Positions 35,713-49,050 of a DNA stretch of 64,000 bases are shown piece by piece. The stretch is from Podarcis erhardii. Its lineage: Eukaryota. Positions within the stretch are counted from its first letter, which is position 1; each line of letters opens with the position of its first letter. Under the pieces are notes generated by a model, which worked only from the letters and a program-made list of their open reading frames with translations, was not told the DNA's origin and searched no databases. The position numbers and the translations under genes were made by a program. The stretch lies in NCBI GenBank assembly GCA_964252035.1, contig OZ176200.1, one strand, 5' to 3'.

Positions 35713-38461
35713 TTATACAATATCCTGCGTTCCTATACTATGTTAGTTACTATATTTAGTTTCATCCGTAACCAGGTAAGCACCCTGAGTTACAATAAGC
35801 AGCCTCATTGGCTCACACTCAACTTTTTATCCCATGGAGTCTTACGTGAGTAGTGCAAAACACATATGTCCAGAGCTGGCACCCAACAGAGTATGTTTAG
35901 GATGCCACTTGGAGTCTGAAAAATCATCTGATGACACGGGGCTGCCACAAAAACATATTCTCTCAATATCTCCTATAACATCTGTGGTGTCTTAATGTTG
36001 TTTGTTTTCTGCTGTCTCTGCACATCCCTGGCTGATGGGCTTGGGGAAGTGCGCAACATCGTGATGTCACAACATGGGGATAAATAATGATTACAAGGAG
36101 ACATGGTGTCTTCATTGTGACAGATGCATTTTTACCTGCTGCCCTGTATCACTAAAAATATAGTTTCAGTCTCAATTGGCATGGGCACCCAAAGCATAAC
36201 AGAAAAGGCAGAAGCTGGCAAAATTGTGACTGCATAAGCAATCTGAACCCTTTTACAGGCTATCATGTGCTCAGTCTCTCCCTATGCTGAGGGAGGGTAT
36301 GAACTAATAGTGTGTCGTACTGATGGCTGCTCCTGAAATGATGCTATGAAATGCTATATCTATGCAATGGAAGAGAACAGATGGCCAAATGGCCACTTAT
36401 ACCATTACCAAGTCAGGGAACATGACAACAACCAGAGTCAGCTCCACATAGTTCTTTGTGATTTCATCCCTGTGGAAAGCACTGGTGTGATCAGAATATG
36501 ATGTAACCACTTTCCACAGGACCACAGATGCCAGCGTGTTTTGATGGAACTCCTGCTCACATTACTTAATTTGTTCAAGTCATATCCAAATATGTGCCAG
36601 CTTTCAGTTCCAGGAGGTCATAGTTGTCCTGCATGACCAAACCCATCACCCCAAAATTAAGGCTGCAATCCTATACATACTTACCTGGGAGTAAGTCTCA
36701 TTGAACTCAATGGGACTTAATTCCTCAGCAGGCATGCACAAGATCGCACCACATAAGCACTCTTGGACATAACTGTGAGGGGCACAGGAAGTGCGAGTGC
36801 CGCATTCTTCCGTTTCATAATTCCCTCACCTTCACTTCTCAGAGATACACAAGCAAATTCAAGGATTCATGTTTTCTGAGGACAATGAGAGTGGAGGATA
36901 TGGACATTCTGTTTTGAATGATACAGAGATGCAAGAAAACAGCACTTGTATTTCCTATCGTCCCCATATCTATAGCTGCTCTAAAATGTAGGACATATCA
37001 TTTAATAAACAAAAAACATGCTATGGATGTGTGCACTCTGGCCTACAGCTTATCATGTGCAATCTGGCTAACAACATGGACAAGGTTGTACACAGAATTT
37101 GAAAGGAAGGCTTCGGTAACAAGAAAGCAAGCAACTTTTGCTTTATAAATATTCTGAGGTTAAGTACTTCGACGTATAAAGATTTTGAGGTTAAAACAGC
37201 AGTATCTGAAGCTGCTCTAACATCTATTCAACTTTTAGGATAATTCTGCAAAGTAACTGGAAGTTACAGAATGTCATAGTGTGTCGCAAACCTAAAATAA
37301 ATGTGCAAACACAGCTTCTCGAACAGGCTCCCTCCTCCAATAGCCCTTCACGCTATAAGCCACTTGGGAACAAGAGCAATATGAAACTAGTATGTGTGTC
37401 TAGTGCTCAAGAAAAAGAAAAGCAAGATTATGGTAGTTTTTAGTCTTTGCAGAATTTGTAGCTTGCAGTGCACTTCTGTGCATGTTTTATTGGAAATAAG
37501 CCTTGCTGAGTTCAATAGGACTTACTTCTTGGTCAGTATGCTTAAAATTCCAAAGTGCATTGTGTTCATAATAATAGGAGGTTGTAAAACAAAAACAAGA
37601 CCCAAAAATAACACACACACAGTCACAAACCACTAGGTACAAGCAACAATGACAGAGCTTTTCTTTCAAGATACCAGACTATAAGTGTTAGAAAGGCTTC
37701 AAAATGAAGTTTATATTTAGGCACAAAATATTATTATGCAATCCACTGAAATGTATGTCTCCCCTCAAAAGGCCTTGAGCTATATTTTTATATTTAATTT
37801 TGTAATTTGAAATAGGGAATATTAATAACACTTTTTATCAATGCTGTATCTATGTTAAAACAGCCTTCAGCATTAAGCAGTAATGAATGTGGATCAGTAA
37901 ATTATTAAATTTCTTGATATTTATTTTGTCTTGATCCAAAGAGAGTGCAAACTTGCATGATAACGTACATTTCCATTTGCTATCAGACAGTTCAGTTTCT
38001 TAGACTAGGTTTTTACTAATTAATATTAGAGAAGATTAAATAGGCTTAAATACGTTTACAAAGAGGGCAGATGTACTGTAAATTGGAATAGTGGAACAGC
38101 TGTTATGGAGGTACCGTGCTATTTATGCTCCTATTGTGCAGAGAGGGATTACTGCCTGTAACATTAAACCATACCTGATTTTCACATTTGAAAATATAAA
38201 ACATTTACTAGTTGGTAAAATTACTAATGGAACCTAATAGGTCATATGGGAATGTCCACAGATGTTTTAAAAAATCAACTATAATCAGTTAATCGCTGTC
38301 TGACAAACTGTAGATGTATTATATATACACAATTCCTACACACTACGCATGTTTCCTGTGGATAAAATACTTTGCTATATTTAAGTGGACAGATGTCAAT
38401 TTTTATTTTTTTATTTTTTTGCAGTTGGGAGAGTTCCTAAAAGTTTGAACTCACCTACATT

Positions 38462-38662
38462 GGGCCATAGCTCAAAGCACATGCCTTTAATGCAGAAGCT
38501 TCCAAGTTCAATCCCCGGCAACTCCAGTTTTTTAAAATAAGGATCTGGTAGCAGATGATGGGCAAAACCTCTGCCTAAAACCCTGGAAAGCCACCAACAT
38601 TTAGAGTAAACCTTAATGGGCTCGGTGGGCTGATGGTTTGACTTAGTATAAGGCAGCTTCAT
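38462..38662 (+). mobile_element. Same SINE family
   Basis: gggccatagctc...agttcaatccccggcaactccag...cctctgcctaaaaccctgg...gtataaggcagcttc. Confidence 0.75.
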
Positions 38663-39417
38663 AGATCCACATCAGCCCAAAAGTGGACTGAGAGAACCTT
38701 TTTATGAAGATAAAAACCAACAGACACTATATTTTTAGAGTCTTCTCAACAATAGTCCAAGGGATGCGGTGGGATGGGGGGAAGAATAGACCGGTGAGGA
38801 AAATGGAACAGGTGAGATGAAAACAAGTCTGGCTTGGGGATCTTCATAATCCTTTTTATAGCTTTGTAAAGATTAGTTGGAACATATTATAAACAGCTTA
38901 TGGCTGCATTATCATTTCCATGTGATTTCTGAGAATCTCTTAGGGTTACAGTGGCAAGGAAACTACCTAAACCACACTGTGCCAGTGCCAAAGAAGCCAC
39001 AGGCTGGGGGACTCTCCCAGTGCTTCATGTATCTCATCGGTACTTATACTAGGATGGTCATGAATATGAACTGTATCAACAGCCTTTTCTTTAAGAGTAC
39101 TAACCTTAACCTTTCTCAGGGTAAAGCAGAAGCATTTTCCCCCTGCATGAGGACTGTAGCTGATCCCTTGAAACTCATTTTATATTCTTATGGGCAGGTA
39201 ATGTAACAGTAATGGGCAGGAAATGTTCAACTGCAGTTGAACATTCCAAGTTTGTCCACCTTGGCCATGTTTACATAGTTTCATTTCCTCGCGTCTCCTT
39301 TTAAAAATACAAATGGAATGTTTGAGCTGATTTACCCTTAGGATGTTTTAAGTCATGAAAGAGTACATAGGAATGATGTATACAACTGTAACCTTCTGAA
39401 ATAAGCAAGATATTTAC

Positions 39418-41390
39418 CTGAAAACCTTGCTTCCGCTGGTACTTTCGCCTTTGCTGCATGTCAGCAAACGTAGCTGCTCCAGTTGGATAAGTATAGGCCA
39501 TATGTGGTAGGAAGCTCATTTGATCTATTCCTGGGTATGGTCGTAGCCCAGGAATACTGGTCTGAACTGGTGGCATAAAAGTGGCTGGGGGAAATGCGCT
39601 CTGTGGCGGAAGTGTGGTGTACAAAGGTTTGGCACTAAAAGGGCTCATACCAAATAATGGATTAGTGCTTTTATCCAAACTATTTGAATTAGAAAATTCT
39701 TTCTTGATAAAAGTCAAGTTCAGTGGCTCATCTGAGGTTTCAGATGACGAAGAAACACTGTTGTGGTCTACGTTTACACTATTGGATTTTGTTTTGTTCT
39801 TTGTGGCTATAATACTTTTGGGTTCCTTCATTTGTTTTGGTAATGACAAGTCCAAAGGCTCAGCCTGAAGCTCCTCAGAGGAGAAACTGTTTGGAGTGTA
39901 AGAACTACTATGGGAGTTTTTAGAAGATGTAGAAGAAAGATTTAATGGAGAAGGAGTATTGCTCCTGGAGTGGTCCAATTTATCAACTGGTTTAATATTG
40001 GTAAAGTGAGTAGGTTTTGTTAGCCTGAGAGGGGTATCACAGTTAGTAACGCTATTATGAAGTTCAGCTATAGATGGTGATGTTATAGAGTCCACAGGCT
40101 TTATAGGGGATCTGGCTGACAAAGAGTCTTTAGTGGGAGTGTTGTTGGTGGCAGCCAGCACCACCTTGGCACTGTTCCTTTCCAGCGATGGTGACCTGGA
40201 AGTTGAGTACTGGTAGACTTTTCTTTGTTCGAACCATTCCTTCACAAATTCCTGAGGAAGGCCAACGGCAATGGAAATTTTCAGTAGTTCATCAGAGGTG
40301 GGTTCCATATTCATAGCAAAATATGCTTTAAGTACAGACATATGGTCCTTGTATGGATTGATGGGGCTAGTCATTCCTTTCTCAGAAAGTACTGATGACA
40401 GGAGGAGAGCTTGCTTATCGACAAACACTCCTGGTTTGCTAGGAGCCATGTTTTCATGAGGTTGGAGGACTGCCTTGATTTCTTCGTTCATCTTACACAG
40501 GTAACGTTCATGCTGATGAAGGGGAATGGGACCAGGAAAGCTTTCTTTACAGAACTGGCATGAAAATGGAGTAGGTATATTATGGTTGTCTATCATTTTG
40601 TCTTCAGTTACCAGATCTATTAGGGTGCGTAGCTTTTCTTTCTTAATGTTATTGAGCTGCCTCCTCGAGTCTGTAGTTAAACTCTGGAGACAAGCTTTGG
40701 CTTCATTGACCTTTTCTAATGTGTAGTCAATAATACTTTTAGTGGCACCATTATGACTGACTACTGGAAGACCCACAGGTGGAATACCAGGAGAAGTAAC
40801 GCCTTGTTCCTCAGGTTGAGAACATGGGTCCTTCATATGGTAACCTTTCAGCTTGGAGATTTCTTCAGCACTGCAGTCCATTTTCTGCCTGGAAACAGTG
40901 TTGTCCACAATCTGTAGGACTTTCTGCACCTCACTTAAATTACTGCCTATTGCTGGGAATCCAAGTAAAGATGCATCCATCCCTACCCCTAAGTGCTGCA
41001 TTGGACTTTGCGTGGAAGTATGAACTCCTATTGGGCTGGTTGCACCAAGTCTGCCATTCATGAAAGGATTAGCACCAGTGAACCCATGGGTTGCCATCAG
41101 AACTTTATATTCATTGAAATCTAGTGGTTCCGTTTTGATTTTCAGTAAGCCTGATTGCTCAGACATACTAGGTGGTTTTCCATTCTCCAGCTTGTTTCTC
41201 AGTTGTGTAATGGCTGAATTAGTAGGTGAAGAAGATACAGAATTAGGAGAAGAACCCGTCTTGATATTGTTTCTCATTCGACCATTTACAGAGATTAAGC
41301 CAATGCATTTCTTGCTGCTGATGTGTGAACTATACGAGCCAGAATGGGAGAAACGCTTCTTGCAGTTTGGACACTCATAGGGCTTTTCAC
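39418..41390 (-). CDS. ZEB2: ZEB2 exon 8 (1973 nt): last N-terminal finger, SMAD-binding domain, homeodomain-like domain, CtBP-interaction motifs
   Basis: Acceptor ttgcag| at 41391 and donor |gtaaat at 39417; open throughout. Contains [10 protein letters not shown]-type SMAD-binding segment ([15 protein letters not shown]), [10 protein letters not shown]...WFEQRK, PLRLT/PLNLS/PLDLS/PLNLT, and IKTE and IKKE SUMO consensus sites. Confidence 0.99.
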
Positions 41391-41759
41391 CTGCAATTAA
41401 TTTTTAAAAATTATTTTTTAATAACTCACAAATAGACCAGTTCTCTGCACATTTCACTCCTTTCATCTTGCTGCATTTTCTCCTTCCTTCCAAGTTATGT
41501 TTAGGTTTTTGTGACTGGAAACAATTCAAACTAGACAATCTACAATTAGCTGCATGCAAGATTCCTTCTCATCCTGTGATACTCCCTAGTTTTTACTGAT
41601 GGCTCACATTTTGTTGAAAGCTATAGATGTCTTTACAAGGGAAACAGAGAGTGCACTGTACTGTACTATGTAAAGGAATACAGCTGAAAACTTACATGTA
41701 ATGCACAGTGTTTGCAATATCTAAATTCGGATAGCAGAAGGATTTTGCCATGGCTTTTA

Positions 41760-42125
41760 ATAAGGACCAGGCAACATGCAGTTACAACAGTAGCATAATT
41801 TTGTGTGAATCGGTTGGCATAGTAAAATGGGGGACAAATATGACCCAGTTCACATTTGAATGCAAATTTAATGCAAATATACACTATTCAAAACAATATG
41901 TTGAACAGAAACACCGTGACTCATTAAAATTTGCACTTCTCCAAATTTTTCAATGCAGTTCTCCAGCAAAGCAATGTGCACAAAAATGCATATGGAAAGT
42001 GTGCATAAAAAGGCATATATTGGTGGAAATAACAAATACATTGTTTATGGAGGAATTACTGTAAAAAATGTGTATCCTGAGAAAAATTCACACTAAAATG
42101 GTGGTGAATTTTCATGAGAACTTTT
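41760..42125. repeat. Unclassified AT-rich interspersed repeat
   Basis: Internally repetitive aatgtgcacaaaaatgcatat / gtgtgcataaaaaggcatatat motifs, resembling a lizard repeat I recall but cannot name. Confidence 0.4.
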
Positions 42126-42269
42126 TTTTAGAAATTAAGCTTTAGAATAAATTATGGAAGTTCACTCATACTTGCTTATTAGCTTTTAATGGTTTACTTC
42201 TAGATGATCTACATGGATAATGGCCAGAGAACAGGAGACATGTATTTCTGAAAAGGGCATTGAAGCACT

Positions 42270-42380
42270 CTGGTCTTGCTTCAGGCTCCCCATAAGTATC
42301 TGATTGGTTTCTGTGAGAACAGGATCCTGGACTAGGTGGGCAATTGGTTAGATCCAGCAGGGCTGTTCTTATGTTTTTTA
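42270..42380 (+). mobile_element. CR1 3' tail
   Basis: gatcctggactaggtgggcaattggttagatccagcagggctgttcttatg. Confidence 0.7.
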
Positions 42381-44322
42381 TTCCTCCTCTACTCTCATTT
42401 CCAGCCTAAAGCTGGAACCACTTTCTGAATCTGTGTACATATATTTTTAGGTTTTACCCTAAGGCGGGGCAGATAATTTTAACACAGGTTTTGGCAGCTG
42501 TGAATGAATTTTGGGCTCATGTGCTCCCATCCCCCCTGCTTCTGCTCTCTTGACTCCTGTAAGGCTCTGTTTCCTTCCATTTGTCCATAGCACAGTTAGC
42601 CATGATTGTCCAAATCAGGCAGGTTATGGTTTGTGCAAATCATACTTTGCCTCCAAAGCAGAATGGGAAACCATGGTTTGAACTGAGTTTCTGATTTAGG
42701 TTTGGCAAGCTTTTCCTATTTAGGTGACATGACAAAATATTGTTTACAACTGAACCAGGGAACAGGAAAAATTCAAAAATGAAGGTTAGGAGGAGGGAGT
42801 ATGAGAACCCATTGCTGTCTCTTTGCCTTTTCTTGCTACTTTGGAATGAGTCTACTTGAGTTCAGTAGCCACTAGTCTTTGAAGGATGGGAACTCTCCCC
42901 TCTCCTGTGATGGATAACCCTTGAGTCATGATCTGGATTGGCTACACAAAATATAAAGGCAGTTTTTCCACTCTCTGTCTCATGCTTGAATCACCCCCCC
43001 CCAATTCCTGGGCTTGTATTAATTTAATTAACTTCTCAAATGGAACAAGACATCCCCCACTCGTTCTTCCACATGCGCCCCCTGCCACCCCCAAATTTGC
43101 TCCAGGGGGGCCGGGGGAACTCACAGAACAGATTTAGTGGGTGAATGTGAAAGGGGAGGAGAGAAGAGGTGATGTACATAAGCCCAAAGTTCACTGCAGC
43201 TAGTTATTATAGTGGGAAACTGTGGTTTGCTATTACAGCTGAGTTGAGCATTAAACATATTAAACTTCAGTTGGAGCATTAAACATAAGCTTAAATCCCT
43301 TCAGCTCAAATCAGTGGAGTTTAGAAGTGCTTAACTTTGAGATTGTACCCAAGGTTTGCAAATGCTGATCTACTAAACAAAAAACAAAGTTCACTGCGAG
43401 ATTTTACATGCCTGCAGATTAGATAGCTTAAACATTAGTATTATTATATATAAGCAGAATATACTTTTTAAAAAAAACTTATGAAGAGTGTATAATTACA
43501 GAAACTTATTCAGACTATTTCTTAGCTTTAAAATACTGCTTTTTTAGTCTTCGGTATATTTGTCTTTGTTTCTGATTTGCCTTTGAATTTATTTGAATAA
43601 ATCAAAGTCTTTGAATACTTGACCAGTGTTAATAGCTTTACTCACAATGTCTGCATCAAAGGGTGAAGACTTTTAGTTGGAGGAGAACTCTAAATATTAT
43701 TATTCAAACATTGACAAGTTCCAAATATAAGGCAAAGTGTTGCCCTATTTTTTCGCTGTCATGTGTAACTGAATGACTTAATGCACTCAGCAGAGGCTAT
43801 TTATTTCAACGAAGGGGATTGAATTAGGAACACAAAATTATATTTTTAATTGATGTGATAGCCGATGCAGGCCAGAAAGGCAGGGTATAAATATTGTAAA
43901 TGGATATATAAAGTGGCTAGTGTGTTCAGCTTGGATGTGGACAACACAACTTCGAAGTCAGACAGGCCACTTCACACATTACATGGCAACAATCTCATGT
44001 TGGCTATTAAGTGCATCTTTATTGGGAAGCTGCAGCCAATCTGAAATCTCTGGCAAAGATACCTGAATGTTTGTTGCTTGTTGTGACATCCAGCTGTGAT
44101 GGTATAGATGTCCACTCACACAACTGGGGAGGCGGGGAGTTAGAGGAAGAGGAAGTCTTGTTGCACAAACTTAATTCTGCTCACCTGACACTGGATTTTG
44201 CAGAATGTTTTACAGGTACTTAAAAGTACAGTGTATGAAGAAGCTATGAAGCTCATCAAGTGTGATGCCGTGTCACTATCTCTCAGCTCAACTTATCATG
44301 CAGGGTGCTTGGGAGGCTAAAT

Positions 44323-44574
44323 CAGAGGTCAGCAAACTTTTTCAGCAGGGAGCCAGTCCACTGTCCCTCAGACCTTGTGGGGGCCGGACTATTTTTTTTT
44401 GGGGGGGGGGATGAATGAATTCCTATGCCCCACAAATAACCCAGAGACACATTTTAAATGAAAGGACACATTCTACTCAAGTAAAGACACACTGATTCCC
44501 AGACCATCCGTGGGCCACATTTAGAAGGCGATTGGGCCATATCCGGCCCCCAGGCCTTAGTTTGCCTACCCATG
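44323..44574. mobile_element. hAT (Charlie/Buster-type) MITE, 252 bp
   Basis: Imperfect TIRs cagaggtcagcaaact / agtttgcctacccatg. 8-bp TSD ggctaaat / ggctaaac with central TA. Confidence 0.85.
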
Positions 44575-44720
44575 GGCTAAACAGTTGCTGTGAACTCTTT
44601 GGAGGAAGGATGAGATGCAAGTGTGATAAAATAATATGAATGAGGCAGCCATTCCAAGTAAGCAAGCTTAATTTGTTTATTGCTGCTGGATTGTGGGTGT
44701 TGGTCTTGTTCATCTTTAAG

Positions 44721-44885
44721 CAGTGGCATAGCGTGGGGGGTGCAGGGGGGCCGGCCGCACCGGGCGCAACATCTGGGGGGGCGCGCTCGCACTCGCAGCT
44801 CTCTGCCCCCTGCTAAAATCCACAGGTTAAGGGGCGCAAATTACTTGCCTTGCCCCGGGTGCTGACAACCCACACGACGCCACTG
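44721..44885 (+). mobile_element. Same hAT family, copy D (165 bp, empty backbone) in ZEB2 intron 7
   Basis: TIRs cagtggcatagcgtggg / cccacacgacgccactg. Perfect TSD tctttaag (44713-44720, 44886-44893). Confidence 0.92.
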
Positions 44886-45258
44886 TCTTTAAGGTTCCTT
44901 GTTTTTGTTTTGTTTTTTAGGCAAGTGTATCACAAATAAGAAAACTTAAGAGCCAAATGGCTAGGAATTCCCAGAATTCCTCTGAGTAGAAATAGCTCCA
45001 GAAAAGCAATTTAGAACTTAATTAATTAATCAGGTAATACATTCTGCTATTTGGAAAATCTTCTATGGAAACTTGTGGTGCTGGTTTCTTATTTGTTTCT
45101 GAATAGCATGAAAAATGAGGACGAGTCAGAAATCATTTACAAAGTATCTTGGCAGCTCTAAACAAAATGGTGAAGATACTATGCTTTTAAAAAAAAACAA
45201 AAAACAAAAACTCTGCTAATTAAACAAAATGCAAATGAGAACCCTGGCACCTCAGCTA

Positions 45259-45495
<237 letters not shown>

Positions 45496-46283
45496 CTATA
45501 TCTGTGTATATGTCTCTGTGTGAGTGTGTGCGTGTGCCTGTGTGTGTGTGTAGAAAGAGAGAGAGAAAGGTTTCCTTTTAAGAAAAAAATTTAATTAAAG
45601 CAGTTTTGTATTTATCTGTCAGCCTAAAAGATCTGCATGCACATTTATTTGCCTCATCAGTGCTGCCATAAAAATCAAAATGTTGGCAGTAAACCTGAAG
45701 GAAATCTGAATTCACTTCGAGCATTTGCTTTGGAATTATTTCTTAAGTCTTTCATCGGCAGCACAATATATTAAGGCATGCAGTGCTGCAAGGAATGGAT
45801 TTGTTAATTTTTAAAAGAAATTGAGGCTTTTAATATTCTTAGCTGATCATATTGTCAATTCGTAACTTGCAGCATTTATTTTTTTTAAATATATATTTGC
45901 AGTGCTTCTGAACCCTTTAGCATTGTGATGATAAGCAAGCTTTGTTTTATCAAATGCAAGAGGCGGTCACTGCTGGGAGGGAAAGTCCTGATCAGAGAAT
46001 TAAACTGGTTCTTTTTTTTCTTTCCCCTCCTTCAGAGCAATGCTAAGGAGCAGGGGCAAAAACAAGAAGGAAAAGTTGGCAGAAAGGACAAGTTAAAAAG
46101 CAGCATAAAGATAGGATCAAACACAGCTGACCTTTCTGAACAAGTGAGAAAAGTGCTGTGACTTTGAATTCTGATTTTAAAAAGGGGGAAGAAAAAAAAG
46201 CTGCAGTCATCTAGTCTGGATGTTCAAGGTAGGAGGTCAGCCTCCCCCCCCTCCCCCTTTTCTCCCAAGCAGCAATGACACAA

Positions 46284-46655
46284 NNNNNNNNNNNNNNNNN
46301 NNNNNNNNNNNNNNNNNNNNNNNNNNNNNNNNNNNNNNNNNNNNNNNNNNNNNNNNNNNNNNNNNNNNNNNNNNNNNNNNNNNNNNNNNNNNNNNNNNNN
46401 NNNNNNNNNNNNNNNNNNNNNNNNNNNNNNNNNNNNNNNNNNNNNNNNNNNNNNNNNNNNNNNNNNNNNNNNNNNNNNNNNNNNNNNNNNNNNNNNNNNN
46501 NNNNNNNNNNNNNNNNNNNNNNNNNNNNNNNNNNNNNNNNNNNNNNNNNNNNNNNNNNNNNNNNNNNNNNNNNNNNNNNNNNNNNNNNNNNNNNNNNNNN
46601 NNNNNNNNNNNNNNNNNNNNNNNNNNNNNNNNNNNNNNNNNNNNNNNNNNNNNNN
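46284..46655. other. Assembly gap (372 N) in ZEB2 intron 6
   Basis: Run of N; non-repetitive flanks. Confidence 0.99.
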
Positions 46656-47538
46656 CAGCACAATCACACTCTTGCATGTGAAATTTAAGGCAGTTATTCT
46701 GGATAAATATCCAGCCACACGCCCCCCCTCCCCTCCCATTAGTGTTTTGATAGTCAAAAGCAATAGGGAAGGAGAGGAAAAGCCACTCTTGTCTCCCATT
46801 TTGTCAGAAAGGGGGGAAAGTTACAGATTAACAACTCGCTTTGCTCTTTAAAATGAAATGTTATGATAAATCCTGTCAGAATTGTATTTTATCGATTACA
46901 GAGATCAAGTGAGAAAGAGTGAACTAATTACCAAACTGCTTGATTAGAAGGTGAGCATGATACATGTTTGTTTAATTAAGCACGTCTTTTATTGAAAAAA
47001 TGCCTGCCATGATAAATCTAAATCCGTATGACTTCTCATTCTTTAGAATAAAAACTATTGGTATAATTCTCATAGTAATGGGATGGAATGTAGTTTAAGA
47101 TCTGCCATTTGGATTTCCATTGCAACATGTCATTATAGAAATTTTAAGCAGGAATTCAAAAGACACATTCAATTTGATTAAATATAATGCATCAAGGAAT
47201 CATTTTGATTTACAGGAGATTTGCTGCTCGGATGTGTAGATTTCAGGAATAGTGTATTCCTAAAGTGATCACATGTTATTAGAACAGCCATAACGCACGC
47301 AGATACACGCAACAAGATTAACTAAAAAATATGAACCTATTTGTATGGACTGCATGAAAAATATATACAAGGCTCCATAAAAAGTAATGAATGACAGAAA
47401 ATAAGATTAGCAGATTCCTGAGATGTCTTTGAGATCCTATGTGAGGGGAAATGCAGTGCAAAACTAGGTGAAAAATGGAGATAAAATTGCTGAGATGTTT
47501 AATAATGTATAATTAAAATGCCACAATTTCATTCACAT

Positions 47539-47814
47539 NNNNNNNNNNNNNNNNNNNNNNNNNNNNNNNNNNNNNNNNNNNNNNNNNNNNNNNNNNNNNN
47601 NNNNNNNNNNNNNNNNNNNNNNNNNNNNNNNNNNNNNNNNNNNNNNNNNNNNNNNNNNNNNNNNNNNNNNNNNNNNNNNNNNNNNNNNNNNNNNNNNNNN
47701 NNNNNNNNNNNNNNNNNNNNNNNNNNNNNNNNNNNNNNNNNNNNNNNNNNNNNNNNNNNNNNNNNNNNNNNNNNNNNNNNNNNNNNNNNNNNNNNNNNNN
47801 NNNNNNNNNNNNNN
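47539..47814. other. Assembly gap (276 N) starting 4 nt into ZEB2 intron 6
   Basis: Run of N adjacent to the exon 6 donor. Confidence 0.99.
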
Positions 47815-47815
47815 C

Positions 47816-47915
<100 letters not shown>

Positions 47916-48744
47916 NNNNNNNNNNNNNNNNNNNNNNNNNNNNNNNNNNNNNNNNNNNNNNNNNNNNNNNNNNNNNNNNNNNNNNNNNNNNNNNNNNNNN
48001 NNNNNNNNNNNNNNNNNNNNNNNNNNNNNNNNNNNNNNNNNNNNNNNNNNNNNNNGAAAGAAGCAGGCCAAAAGGTCAGTAAATCAATGGCAGTTAATGG
48101 GCTTATTGCCCAGGATGGATTGACAAGAATCACTGCAATCTGCCTACAGTGGAATATCCGTGATATCTACCTTGCTTGCAAAAACCACATCAATCACTTT
48201 TTACACGCTCAGGGCAAACTTGTATGAAACATAAGAAAATTAATTCAAAACTTTCGTCTGGCTTATTGTGAGACTACAATAGCTTGTGGGGTGTGTGTGA
48301 AAAATGTTGGGGTTTTTTTCTTTCTTTCTTTCTCTGATTTATTGATGCTGTGCACTTAATTACCAGTCTGTTGTCTCCAAACACAACACCATCTAGTTCC
48401 ATCTTCACGGATGCTTTTTCAATTACTTATTAAGGATTTAACAGAATCAGTTAGTAATCCTCAATTTGTCCTGTAAAAAAATTCAATCATTCCCAAACTA
48501 AAATTAGAGCAAGGACGCTGCTCCTTTAAAAACATAACCCTTAATTGTCCCTGCTATTTATTTCACCTACAGAAGAGTCTCAATTTGCTGACTAAAAAAG
48601 CAATCACAATATGCTGAAATTACAGTCCCATCTTTGCTCATGAAATTCCATGCTTCTGCAGCTGTTCTTCAATTTTAAGGTAAACACCCAGGCATGTAGT
48701 GCATTTATAATTGCAACAGCTGCAAGAGGTCAGAAGAGTGGCTA

Positions 48745-49050
<306 letters not shown>

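Noticed and set aside
39301-39417. Exon 8 ORF extension (VNILLISEG...) as a real C-terminus
   Set aside because: Read-through past a canonical donor at 39417; exons 9 and 10 supply the conserved C-terminus. There is no evidence for intron retention.
39581-41380. Plus-strand ORFs antisense to exon 8 (and 21260-21484 antisense to exon 10)
   Set aside because: Shadow frames of the coding exons with no recognisable product.
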